A stretch of 32,000 nt of DNA, from NCBI GenBank assembly GCA_001029695.1, contig CP011211.1:750001-782000 (forward strand), read 5' to 3'. Below are positions 16,058 through 24,243 of this stretch, piece after piece. This DNA comes from Candidatus Saccharimonadota bacterium (GTDB taxonomy: Bacteria; Patescibacteriota; Saccharimonadia; Saccharimonadales; Saccharimonadaceae). Positions within the stretch are counted from its first letter, which is position 1; every line of letters begins with the position of its first letter. Below the pieces are notes generated by a model. That model was not told the origin of the DNA and made no database searches. It saw only the letters and a list, made by a program, of their open reading frames with translations. A program made the translations under genes and the position numbers.

Positions 16058-17887
16058 ATGAACGAAGGCAGTGCCAGACAACAGATCGTCGAGAGCATCA
16101 AGGCAAACAATAATATCTTGGTGACGGTGAGTGCTAGTCCAAGTGTCGATGAGCTATCAGCGGCGTTAGGGCTGACTATTTTGCTCAATAGCCTCGATAA
16201 ACGTGCAACCGCTGTTGTAAGTGGTGCGCTGCCTCCGGCGATTACATTCCTTGATCCTGAAAAAACATTCGAAAGCAGTGTCGATAGTCTACGAGACTTC
16301 ATTATTGCACTTGATAAGGAAAAGGCTGACCATCTTCGTTATAAGGTAGATGGTGATGTTGTAAAGATATTTATCACTCCGTATCGAACTACTTTAAGTG
16401 ATAAAGACCTTGAGTTTACGCAGGGAGATTATAACGTTGAGCTCGTCCTTGCGCTTGGTGTTAAAGACCAGGACCATCTTGATAAGGCACTTTCAGCTCA
16501 TGGAAGGATTTTACATGATGCGACGGTTGCGACAATGTCAGTCGGGACTGAGCCAAGTAAGCTTGGAAGTATTGACTGGCGAGATGCGGCGGCAAGTAGC
16601 TTGTGTGAGATGCTTGTCGGTGTAGCAGAGGCTCTTAAGACTGATAAGCCAGTGCTTGACGAGCAGATCGCAACAGCGTTTTTGACCGGTATTGTGTCGG
16701 CGACGGATCGGTTTAGTAATGATCATACATCCTCTCGTGTAATGACGATGGCGGCGCAGTTGATGGCGGCTGGTGCAAACCAACAACTTATTGCTGCGAA
16801 GCTTGAGGCTGCGCATGAGATTGGCCCAAACAGCGTCAATGCAACTCAACAAACACCTGATACGCCTGATGTCTCTGCAGGTAACGAAGCGCAAATTGAT
16901 CACAAAGAAACTCAGGATAAAGACTCGACAGCACTATCAATTGATCGACATGCGAAAAAGCGCAATAAAAACAAGCAAAAGCAGGCTCAGAGTGAACCAC
17001 GCAAGGAACTCAAACCTCTTGGTGAGCAAGTACAAGATGCGCCACTATCGGATACTGGTGAGCAAAAAAAAGATGATAACGCAATCAATCAGGCTATAGC
17101 TGCAGCCGTTCCTGTTGACCAAGCGGACGAAGAACTATCTCGTCAGCTTGCAGAGGTCGTAGCGCCAGTTCCGCCGTCACTCGAAGATGTTGAGCGTGAA
17201 CTCAATGAAGCTATACAAGCTCCAGAGGAGCCGGAAGCTCCTGCGCAAGATTTTGTAGGTGATACGACCGATGTCACTATGCCTGATTTTGAGGCACTTG
17301 ATGTGCCACCATCGTTAACTCCACCCCCTCAGCCAGAGGAAGGTGAGGCGCCAGCGATCGGACAGAGTTCATTTATCTCCTCGTCTCATAAATCGGGCGA
17401 TTATATCAATGAGGTCGCGCCTTCGTCTCCGATATCTCAGTCGACACAACCAGTTGTCGATGGAATCGGTCAGGACTTTGGTGGACAGGAGAACGCAACA
17501 GTAGATCCATTTAGTGTGCCACTTGCGCCACTTACTTCGACTGCTGCAACAGTTAGCCCGTTCAGCTCTCCATTGCCAGAGGGTCAGGGTGATCCTGTAG
17601 CGGTCTTCCAGCCGCCAGTGGATCAGTCTACTTCGATGAATGGACCGCAGGAGATGTCGTTTGAAGCGACACCGCCACCGCTTCCAAATCAGGCTGATCT
17701 TCCGCCATTGCCACCGATGCCTGATTTCTCAACACTTCCACCGCCACCGCCGCTCCCTGTGTTTGACCAAACTATGCCAGCGACGAATATGTTCGCTGAT
17801 CAGGGCGCACAATTCCCAGCGCCGCAGGGTGATACGCCGCCACCAGCTGCGCCGACACCTGGTCAATTTAGAATTCCTGGCCAGTAA
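16058..17887 (+). CDS. Degenerate DHH (NrnA-like) domain protein fused to a long acidic, proline-rich, low-complexity C-terminal region
   Basis: The N-terminal 260 aa align with B. subtilis NrnA ([20 protein letters not shown] vs [29 protein letters not shown] vs GIVGDTGRF), but most DHH catalytic residues are substituted. No DHHA1 GGGH motif is present. From about 16820 onward the sequence is P/E/Q/A/S-rich and ends with [19 protein letters not shown]. Confidence 0.7.
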   Translation: [609 protein letters not shown]

Positions 17888-17903
17888 TCTTAGAAGATAT
17901 AAT

Positions 17904-17932
17904 AATCCGCCGACGAATATGTACGGCGGATT
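17904..17932. terminator. Bidirectional terminator hairpin between convergent genes
   Basis: AATCCGCCG (17904-17912) / 11-nt loop / CGGCGGATT (17924-17932), with AT-rich flanks. Confidence 0.7.
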
Positions 17933-17934
17933 GT

Positions 17935-18618
17935 TTATAGGCGGACGATGAAATGATTCAGCGCGACATCGTCGCCAAGCCTGGCGATATGTGTTTCACT
18001 ATCGCTGCGCTGAGTGTAGTGGCAGCGGATAATTTCGTGTATACGAGAGGCAAGGTGGCGAGCGTCAACTGTTTCGGATATCTCATCTGGAGTATGGCCA
18101 GATTCCATAAAAACAAAGTCAGTATTCATCGCTGTCATGTAGTTTGATGGTATGCAGGCGAGGCGAATCTTTGTCATAGGTAGGCCAGCGGCACGTAGCC
18201 GATAAAACGCCAAACAAGCACTACGGCCAGCGACAATGTGGTCGATATGGCCGGTGATGCCATTGAGGTCCATGCTCATAAACTCAATTTCTATATCATC
18301 TCGATCGCCCGCGATAGTCTGCACTAGCGTCTCAAGTCGCTTAGTGATGTGGATATGGTCGTTATTGCCGAGCTCGCCATCGGCATATCCGAAGTGATAC
18401 ATTTTCGTTGCACCGATTAGTTCACCGGCTTTCTTCCATTCGCGGAGGCGTTCTGAACCAAGGTCGGAAAGATTATCGGGGTTCATGCCGGCTTCGCCAC
18501 CAGTTAAGGTAACGAGATGGATCTCACTGCCAGTTTGCGACTCCATGAGCAGTGTCGCGCTAGGGCCGAACGCCTCGTCGTCAGGATGGGCAAAGACTCC
18601 AATGATGACTTTTTTCAT
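17935..18618 (-). CDS. PIG-L/LmbE family N-acetylglucosaminyl deacetylase
   Basis: MKKVIIGVFAHPDDEAFG (AHPDDE motif), HxDH motif (GHIDHIV), about 227 aa. The ORF-track N-terminal extension to 19053 is antisense to truB and implausible. TATACT (18630-18625, - strand) lies 6 nt before ATG 18618. Confidence 0.85.
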   Translation of the reverse strand: MKKVIIGVFAHPDDEAFGPSATLLMESQTGSEIHLVTLTGGEAGMNPDNLSDLGSERLREWKKAGELIGATKMYHFGYADGELGNNDHIHITKRLETLVQTIAGDRDDIEIEFMSMDLNGITGHIDHIVAGRSACLAFYRLRAAGLPMTKIRLACIPSNYMTAMNTDFVFMESGHTPDEISETVDARHLASRIHEIIRCHYTQRSDSETHIARLGDDVALNHFIVRL

Positions 18619-18676
18619 AAATTTAGTATATACCGATTGTTGGTATATTACACCTGTTCCAATATACTTACAGGAT

Positions 18677-19336
18677 ATGACAGATGGAATTATACTAATC
18701 GATAAGCCTGCAGAGATGACTAGTTTTGGTGTCGTGGCCCGGATTCGAAGAGTACTCACAAACCAACAGCAAAAGAAAGTAAAAGTAGGGCATACTGGCA
18801 CGCTCGATCCATTCGCAACAGGACTTATGATTTTGGTGATTGGCAAAGAGTGTAAAAATGCTGGAATGTATACCAAACTCGATAAGGTGTATGAGGCGAC
18901 ATTTCGACTCGGCCAAACAAGCACGACGGGCGATCCGGAGGGTGAGCTTACTGATGTTTCTGATAGGCGGCCCACTCTCGATGAAATAAAGCTGGCACTT
19001 TCTAAGTTTACCGGGGAGATATGGCAACGACCGCCGATTTTTAGTGCGATCAAGATTGATGGCCAGCGTGCCTACAAACTGGCTCGAGACGGCCAAGATG
19101 TTGAGATTCCAGAGAGGCAGATTACGATTCACAGCCTTGAGCTCGTGAGCTATGACTATCCAAATCTAAAAGTACGTACACATGTCAGTAGCGGGACGTA
19201 TATTCGTAGTCTTTGTGTTGATATTGGTGAGGCGCTTGAAACGGGCGCGTACTGCACGGAACTTCGACGAACAGCGATAAGCAAGTGGTCGATTGATGAT
19301 GCCGAAACACTTCAGTCGTTTGGTGTGACGAGTTAA
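18677..19336 (+). CDS. truB: tRNA pseudouridine(55) synthase TruB
   Basis: GIILIDKPAEMTSFGVV, catalytic HTGTLDPFATGLMILVIG, and IDGQRAYKLAR. The start is set at ATG 18677, with TATACT at 18663-18668 lying 8 nt upstream. The ORF-track start at 18485 overlaps the divergent gene. Confidence 0.92.
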   Translation: MTDGIILIDKPAEMTSFGVVARIRRVLTNQQQKKVKVGHTGTLDPFATGLMILVIGKECKNAGMYTKLDKVYEATFRLGQTSTTGDPEGELTDVSDRRPTLDEIKLALSKFTGEIWQRPPIFSAIKIDGQRAYKLARDGQDVEIPERQITIHSLELVSYDYPNLKVRTHVSSGTYIRSLCVDIGEALETGAYCTELRRTAISKWSIDDAETLQSFGVTS

Positions 19337-19344
19337 GGAGGGGT

Positions 19345-20058
19345 ATGGATAGTATAGAGCTATGGAATGGATCAACTAAGGCGCTGGTGTCTCTTGGTGG
19401 AGCGTGGCTAACGAATTTATCGGACGATGACGGCGATATTTTGTTTCCAAAGCGGCGCCTCGAGGCTGTCGATGGCACAAAGAAAGATCGTGGAGGTTGT
19501 CATGTCTGCTTGCCAAATTTTGGTCCAGGCGGTGATTCGGAACTTTTGCAACATGGCTTTGGGCGAACGAGTTTATGGACCCTCGATTCACAGTCGATTA
19601 ATACTGTGATGCTCACGCTCGATGGCGGCGGAGTAGGGTATGAGCAGCTTTCCTCAACCCTGACCTATACGCTTGCATCGCGGTCAATGCGCATGGAGCT
19701 CATAGTACAAAACAGAGGTGATCATCCACTTCGTGTTGCTCCAGCATTTCATCCCTATTTTGCACTTCGTGCAAACGAAGGTCGCGTCATGATTGACGGT
19801 GAACCTATCGATATCCAAGATCTTGAGGATACACTTTTTCTGCAAGGGGAAAAGAAACAACTTCAACTTGAGCGTCGTACGATCAGACTTGCCTCAAAAA
19901 ACCTTTCGACATGGGCGGCTTGGACAGACCGAATCGGTGAGTATGTTTGCCTTGAGCCGACGTATGCGGGCAACTCGTTTTTACTACCTACGCCAGATAG
20001 TGATGAGTTACTTGAGCCTCAGAATGTGCGCACATACATCGCTGAAATTTCTTGGTAG
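19345..20058 (+). CDS. Aldose 1-epimerase family protein (hexose-6-phosphate mutarotase-like)
   Basis: GGCHVCLPNFGPGG, QHGFGRTSLW and PAFHPYF resemble YeaD-type glucose-6-phosphate 1-epimerases. AAGGAGG SD 3 nt upstream. Likely co-transcribed with truB. Confidence 0.68.
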   Translation: MDSIELWNGSTKALVSLGGAWLTNLSDDDGDILFPKRRLEAVDGTKKDRGGCHVCLPNFGPGGDSELLQHGFGRTSLWTLDSQSINTVMLTLDGGGVGYEQLSSTLTYTLASRSMRMELIVQNRGDHPLRVAPAFHPYFALRANEGRVMIDGEPIDIQDLEDTLFLQGEKKQLQLERRTIRLASKNLSTWAAWTDRIGEYVCLEPTYAGNSFLLPTPDSDELLEPQNVRTYIAEISW

Positions 20059-20061
20059 AAA

Positions 20062-20090
20062 TTGACTTTTTATACTATTTATGCTAATAT
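20062..20090 (+). promoter_or_regulatory. Promoter TTGACT-17-(TGc)TAATAT placed 6 nt before ATG 20097
   Basis: TTGACT 20062-20067, TAATAT 20085-20090 preceded by TGC, AATATT, ATG. Confidence 0.6.
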
Positions 20091-20096
20091 AATATT

Positions 20097-20654
20097 ATGA
20101 ATAATGACCCAAACCAAGAACGAAAAGACGTTGAATCTGCTAGGTACGAGCGGATTGCCGAGAAGAGTCGTGAATTACTTACTGCCGACGAGGCAACTCA
20201 TTCTGAGTTCGACCGAGATGGTAACGGTACTGTGGTTTATCAGCTTGAACTTACCGTTGACTCAACAGAGGAGAACATCTTGGGTCGTCTTGGGTATAGT
20301 CAGCTCTCGCTAATTTACGTTCCGGAAACTCAGAATGGCGAAGGTGAAGAAAATACACCTGAGATAATTGTACTAACCGCCTCTAGCGCTGTAGATGAAA
20401 GCCAGGATGTTGTTTTCTCAATCTCGAAAGATCGAAATGGACAACGAGTTATTCAGAAAGAGTCCGACGACTCAATTATGATCGGTGTTGATAAAGAAGC
20501 GGGTGAAATTCCTGACGACTTACTTAGCGATACGGTGGAGGTAGGATTTATTCCTGATGCAAAGCCGATTACTCCAGAAGATGAGCTTGAACTACAGTCA
20601 CTACTTAATGCTATGCGTGAAAACGTTACACTTCCAGGAGAGATAGTCAGCTAG
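20097..20654 (+). CDS. Hypothetical, strongly acidic cytoplasmic protein
   Basis: 185-aa ORF with its own promoter. By my count it has about 42 Asp+Glu and about 15 Lys+Arg. No TM and no recognisable motif. Confidence 0.55.
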   Translation: MNNDPNQERKDVESARYERIAEKSRELLTADEATHSEFDRDGNGTVVYQLELTVDSTEENILGRLGYSQLSLIYVPETQNGEGEENTPEIIVLTASSAVDESQDVVFSISKDRNGQRVIQKESDDSIMIGVDKEAGEIPDDLLSDTVEVGFIPDAKPITPEDELELQSLLNAMRENVTLPGEIVS

Positions 20655-20665
20655 CTAGTAACCCC

Positions 20666-20694
20666 TTGCACCACTGCCAAAACTCTGTTACAAT
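20666..20694 (+). promoter_or_regulatory. Promoter TTGCAC-17-TACAAT placed 8 nt before the rpsO ATG
   Basis: TTGCAC 20666-20671, TACAAT 20689-20694, ATG 20703. Confidence 0.55.
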
Positions 20695-20702
20695 ACATTA
20701 CG

Positions 20703-20969
20703 ATGATTACAGCAGAGAATAAAGCCAAGGCATTTGCTTTGACACAGACGCACAAGAACGACGTTGGTAGCCCACAGGCTCAAGCGTCAGTTTTGACGAC
20801 TCGTATCAAAGAGATTACTGAGCATCTAAAGGTAAACAAGCACGACCACATGGCTCGTCGCGGTCTTATCCAGATGGTTGGTCGTCGCAAACGCTTGCTG
20901 AAGTATCTCGAGTCAAAAGACTTCGATGCATATAAGGCAACCGTCGCCGCCCTCGGACTCCGCAAATAA
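20703..20969 (+). CDS. rpsO: 30S ribosomal protein S15
   Basis: GSPQAQASVLTTRIKEITEHLKVNKHDHMARRGLIQMVGRRKRLLKYL is canonical uS15. Confidence 0.95.
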   Translation: MITAENKAKAFALTQTHKNDVGSPQAQASVLTTRIKEITEHLKVNKHDHMARRGLIQMVGRRKRLLKYLESKDFDAYKATVAALGLRK

Positions 20970-20987
20970 TTGCGGAGTTCTTTTTTT
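20957..20987 (+). terminator. Rho-independent terminator of rpsO
   Basis: ACTCCGCA / AATAAT / TGCGGAGT followed by TCTTTTTTT. The 5' arm overlaps the last codons. Confidence 0.85.
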
Positions 20988-21031
20988 GAGCGAAATGTGA
21001 TTGATTTCGATCACTTTGCGCTTATGGCTTA

Positions 21032-21060
21032 TTGATTTATAAAGCAAAATGTGTTATAGT
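21032..21060 (+). promoter_or_regulatory. Promoter TTGATT-17-TATAGT placed 9 nt before ATG 21070
   Basis: TTGATT 21032-21037 and TATAGT 21055-21060. An 18-nt imperfect palindrome GTGATTGATTTCGATCAC (20997-21014) lies just upstream and is a possible operator. Confidence 0.55.
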
Positions 21061-21069
21061 GGATCATAT

Positions 21070-21810
21070 ATGGACACTACAAAAACAAACAATGAACCAG
21101 AGACTGAAATTGACCCACGCTTGCAGCTAAAGGCTGTGCAGGCACTCATAAAACATCAGACAACCGAGCGACTATCACGAATTGACCGTGAATTTGCTGA
21201 TGGGTTTGAAATCATCAATCGATATACTGACACGGTTTGCGTGTTTGGATCGGCACGATTTACCGAAGATCACCCGTACTATCAGCAGGCGCGAAATGTG
21301 AGCGCTGCTATTTCGAAAGAAGGCTATACGATAGTTACTGGTGGCGGTGGTGGCATCATGGAGGCGGGCAACCGAGGCGCGTTTGAGTCTGATGGAAAAT
21401 CACTTGGATTTAATATCAAGCTACCTCACGAACAAGTCTTAAATCCGTACACGACAGAGTCGATGCCGTTTAATTATTTCTTTGCACGTAAAGTAATCCT
21501 GGCGTACGGTGCAGGAGCGTATCTATTTTTCCCAGGTGGTTTCGGTACGCTTGATGAGCTTTTTGAGGTACTAACCTTGATTCAGACAGGCAAGATGCCA
21601 AAGGCGCCTGTCGTGCTTGTAGGTGTCGATTTCTGGACCGACCTGGATGAGTTTATCAAAAAACATATGGTTGATCATGCAAAGACAATTACTCCTGGAG
21701 ACGAGCAGCTCTATACAGTCACTGACGATGTGGCGGAGATTATTTCTCGTATTAACACCTACAACCAGCCCGTTCAAGAACTTACTCGCGACACGCTTGC
21801 GAACGTTTAG
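21070..21810 (+). CDS. LOG family protein (TIGR00730-type nucleotide 5'-monophosphate nucleosidase / 'lysine decarboxylase-like')
   Basis: VCVFGSAR, TGGGGGIMEAGNRGA and PGGFGTLDELFE are hallmark motifs. An ATG at 21049 is an alternative start but would lie upstream of the -10 element. Confidence 0.85.
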   Translation: MDTTKTNNEPETEIDPRLQLKAVQALIKHQTTERLSRIDREFADGFEIINRYTDTVCVFGSARFTEDHPYYQQARNVSAAISKEGYTIVTGGGGGIMEAGNRGAFESDGKSLGFNIKLPHEQVLNPYTTESMPFNYFFARKVILAYGAGAYLFFPGGFGTLDELFEVLTLIQTGKMPKAPVVLVGVDFWTDLDEFIKKHMVDHAKTITPGDEQLYTVTDDVAEIISRINTYNQPVQELTRDTLANV

Positions 21811-21881
21811 ATCTAGGGCGGTAATCATTGAGATTGCTATAGTGTTCTCAGCATAGCAACCATAACCTGTATAATAGTGAG

Positions 21882-23618
21882 ATGGAGAAGCTCACGTCAT
21901 CCCCAGAAAATGCGAGTAACCACAGTTTCTGGTTGGGTGCTGCAGTCTATCAAATCTATCCATGGACCTTCAATGAGGATGAGGAGCGTCAGCCGCAACG
22001 AGGTAATGGTTCGATTCGCGGGATCACTGAACGTCTAGAATATCTCAGCCATCTCGGCGTGAATGTTATTTGGATTTCGCCATTTTATCCATCGCCAATG
22101 ATTGATGGGGGCTACGATATACAAGATTATCGTAATATTCACCCCGACCTTGGGACGCTTGCAGACTTTGACGTAATGGCAGCGACGGCACGCGGACAGG
22201 GGATCAAGACGATGATTGACTTCGTCCCGAACCATACCTCTGATCAGCACGAGTGGTTTTTGAAGTCACGTTCGTCGCGAGACAACGATAAAGCCGACTG
22301 GTATATATGGCATGATGGCATCGAAGACGATGAAGGTGAGCGACATCCGCCAAATAATTGGGCGAGCGTCTTCTCGTTGCCGCAACTTGATCGTCGACGT
22401 CGTGGGGAAATGCCAGAGCTTCATGAACATGACAAGACACCTCCAATTTCGGCATGGACATTTGACGAGCAGCGAGGCCAGTATTATCTCCATAGCTTTA
22501 CAAAAGAGCAGCCCGACCTTAACTGGAACAATCCGGCAGTACGTGAAGAGATGAAGGCGACGATGCGGTTTTGGCTTGATCGCGGGGTTGATGGATTTCG
22601 GGTAGATGCGGTAAATTATATCGGCAAGGATCGCTTCTTGGCTGATGAGCCGCTCAACGATGAATACGTCGAAGGGATTGATAACCCATACGATCAACTG
22701 CAGCGTCGACATAGTGCTGGCTATCCTGACACGTTTTATCCTTATATCGAGGAGATGTCTGCAGTGCTGAGAGAGTCTCAGTATGAAGGGCGTGATCCAC
22801 GGATTATCTTTGAAGCATATATGGATGAGCGATCACTCGAGACAATTAATCGCATCGCTCCAGAGGTTGCGGGGACGTTTAATTTTGGAGCGATGGATCT
22901 ACCGTGGGAGGCGCAGTTTCGTAAGGCGCAGCTTGATGATTATTATCATAATTTACCCGAGGGTGTTATCGCTAATCAGGTAAATGGCAATCATGACAAG
23001 CCACGGCTCGTGAGTCGTATTGGCCCACGTGATGCACGCGCTGCTGCGGTACATAATCTTATGCTTCCAGGTATTCCATTTATCTATAACGGGGAGGAGC
23101 TAGGGCTGACGGATGCCGTAGTGCCAGAAGATCGGCAAAAAGATCCAAATGGCGGGCGCGATCCTGAGAGAACACCAATTCCATGGGATAGTACGCGTGA
23201 AAATGCGGGCTTTTCGCACGCGCAGAGCGGTCAGCTGTATCTGCCACTCAATGAGGCGGACCTCGATAAGTGTGCAGATCTGCAACTTGCCGATCCGCAG
23301 TCGTCTTTTGCTTTATATCACGCTTTACTAGGCTTGCGTAGTACATCAGTTGCGGCAAAATACGGTACATACAAAGCGCTCTATACGGATGATCGTGATG
23401 TGCTCGGGTTTTCGCGACGCTACGAGGGGAGTCAAGTAATTGTTTTGACGAATTTTAGTCACCGCGAAAAAGTTGCGCGGCTTCACCATACGCGACAGGC
23501 GATTGGTCGATCAGTGCTATCGAGTGTCACTGTCAAAGACGATCGACTAGTCGATTTTGATAAGGGCGTATCGCTCGCGCCTCATGAGGCGATCGTTGTT
23601 GTACGAGCGATGGGCTAG
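21882..23618 (+). CDS. GH13 alpha-glucosidase (oligo-1,6-glucosidase / trehalose-6-P hydrolase-like subfamily)
   Basis: VIWISPFYPSPMIDGGYDIQDY, DFVPNHTSDQHEWF, QPDLNWNNPAVR, GVDGFRVDAVNYI (nucleophile), FEAY (acid/base region) and NHDKPR. Confidence 0.9.
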   Translation: MEKLTSSPENASNHSFWLGAAVYQIYPWTFNEDEERQPQRGNGSIRGITERLEYLSHLGVNVIWISPFYPSPMIDGGYDIQDYRNIHPDLGTLADFDVMAATARGQGIKTMIDFVPNHTSDQHEWFLKSRSSRDNDKADWYIWHDGIEDDEGERHPPNNWASVFSLPQLDRRRRGEMPELHEHDKTPPISAWTFDEQRGQYYLHSFTKEQPDLNWNNPAVREEMKATMRFWLDRGVDGFRVDAVNYIGKDRFLADEPLNDEYVEGIDNPYDQLQRRHSAGYPDTFYPYIEEMSAVLRESQYEGRDPRIIFEAYMDERSLETINRIAPEVAGTFNFGAMDLPWEAQFRKAQLDDYYHNLPEGVIANQVNGNHDKPRLVSRIGPRDARAAAVHNLMLPGIPFIYNGEELGLTDAVVPEDRQKDPNGGRDPERTPIPWDSTRENAGFSHAQSGQLYLPLNEADLDKCADLQLADPQSSFALYHALLGLRSTSVAAKYGTYKALYTDDRDVLGFSRRYEGSQVIVLTNFSHREKVARLHHTRQAIGRSVLSSVTVKDDRLVDFDKGVSLAPHEAIVVVRAMG

Positions 23619-24080
23619 TTACATCTCTGTGTAGAAATACACTGGTCGGGTAGTGTCTATGTATGACTGTATATCGATAGATTGGAGAAATTCTGGAAGT
23701 ATAACTTCTTTCTCTGGATCGATGAATTCACAGCGAATCAGCTCTTCAAGGCCATGGGTAGTCTTAGAGAGATCAACTGAAGTGTAATCCTCTGAATTGA
23801 TGATATGAAAAAAGAATTCAAGCTGTTCACGTGCCTGGCCGTCTTCACGCTGAAAGGTAAACTGCTGAACAAACAATAATCTCCCAATTTCTGGAGTTAT
23901 ACCGGTTTCTTCGAGCATTTCTCGCTTTAAGCCGTCTTCCAATGCTTCATTTTGATCAAGTCCGCCCCCTGGTGTACCCCAATAGTCGGTCTCTCCACCT
24001 TCGTAGGTGCGGAATTTCTGAGCGAGTAGTTGTCCTTTATGAAATGCGATGCCACGTACGTTAACACGTCGTTCTGTCAT
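23619..24080 (-). CDS. NUDIX hydrolase
   Basis: Nudix box GGGLDQNEALEDGLKREMLEETGI. AAAGGAGAA SD upstream. The stop codon abuts the stop of the convergent GH13 gene. Confidence 0.85.
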   Translation of the reverse strand: MTERRVNVRGIAFHKGQLLAQKFRTYEGGETDYWGTPGGGLDQNEALEDGLKREMLEETGITPEIGRLLFVQQFTFQREDGQAREQLEFFFHIINSEDYTSVDLSKTTHGLEELIRCEFIDPEKEVILPEFLQSIDIQSYIDTTRPVYFYTEM

Positions 24081-24170
24081 AGAGTTCTCCTTTGAGCTTA
24101 GTTTTGTTTCGAGTAGCGGTCTAAGGATAGACGTACGAAAACGCAGAGGACCGCAGATGGGTCATAGTGT

Positions 24171-24200
24171 TTTATAGTTTACGGTATTTTTATGAGTCAA
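24171..24200 (-). promoter_or_regulatory. Putative NUDIX promoter TTGACT-18-TATAAA (- strand), giving a leader of about 84 nt
   Basis: Reverse complement of 24195-24200 is TTGACT, and of 24171-24176 is TATAAA. The inverted repeat TATGAGT...ACTCATA (24191-24217) spans the -35 region and the divergent ABC promoter. Confidence 0.4.
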
Positions 24201-24243
24201 GCAAGATTGTACTCATATCGTTTATGGTATAATTGCCCTAGAT

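Noticed and set aside
17935-19053. A 372-aa minus-strand ORF and the 283-aa plus-strand ORF (18485-19336) overlap each other by about 570 nt. This could be read as overlapping genes.
   Set aside because: The conserved domains begin at internal Met codons: PIG-L at 18618 and TruB at 18677. Each is preceded by a -10 element. The overlapping N-terminal extensions are low-complexity, unconserved-looking read-through of the opposite gene.
21834-21859. The stem-loop TTGCTAT-N12-ATAGCAA after the LOG gene could be a terminator.
   Set aside because: It has only a 7-bp AT-rich stem with a 12-nt loop and no T-run. It overlaps the region just upstream of the GH13 -10 element. The evidence is too weak to annotate.
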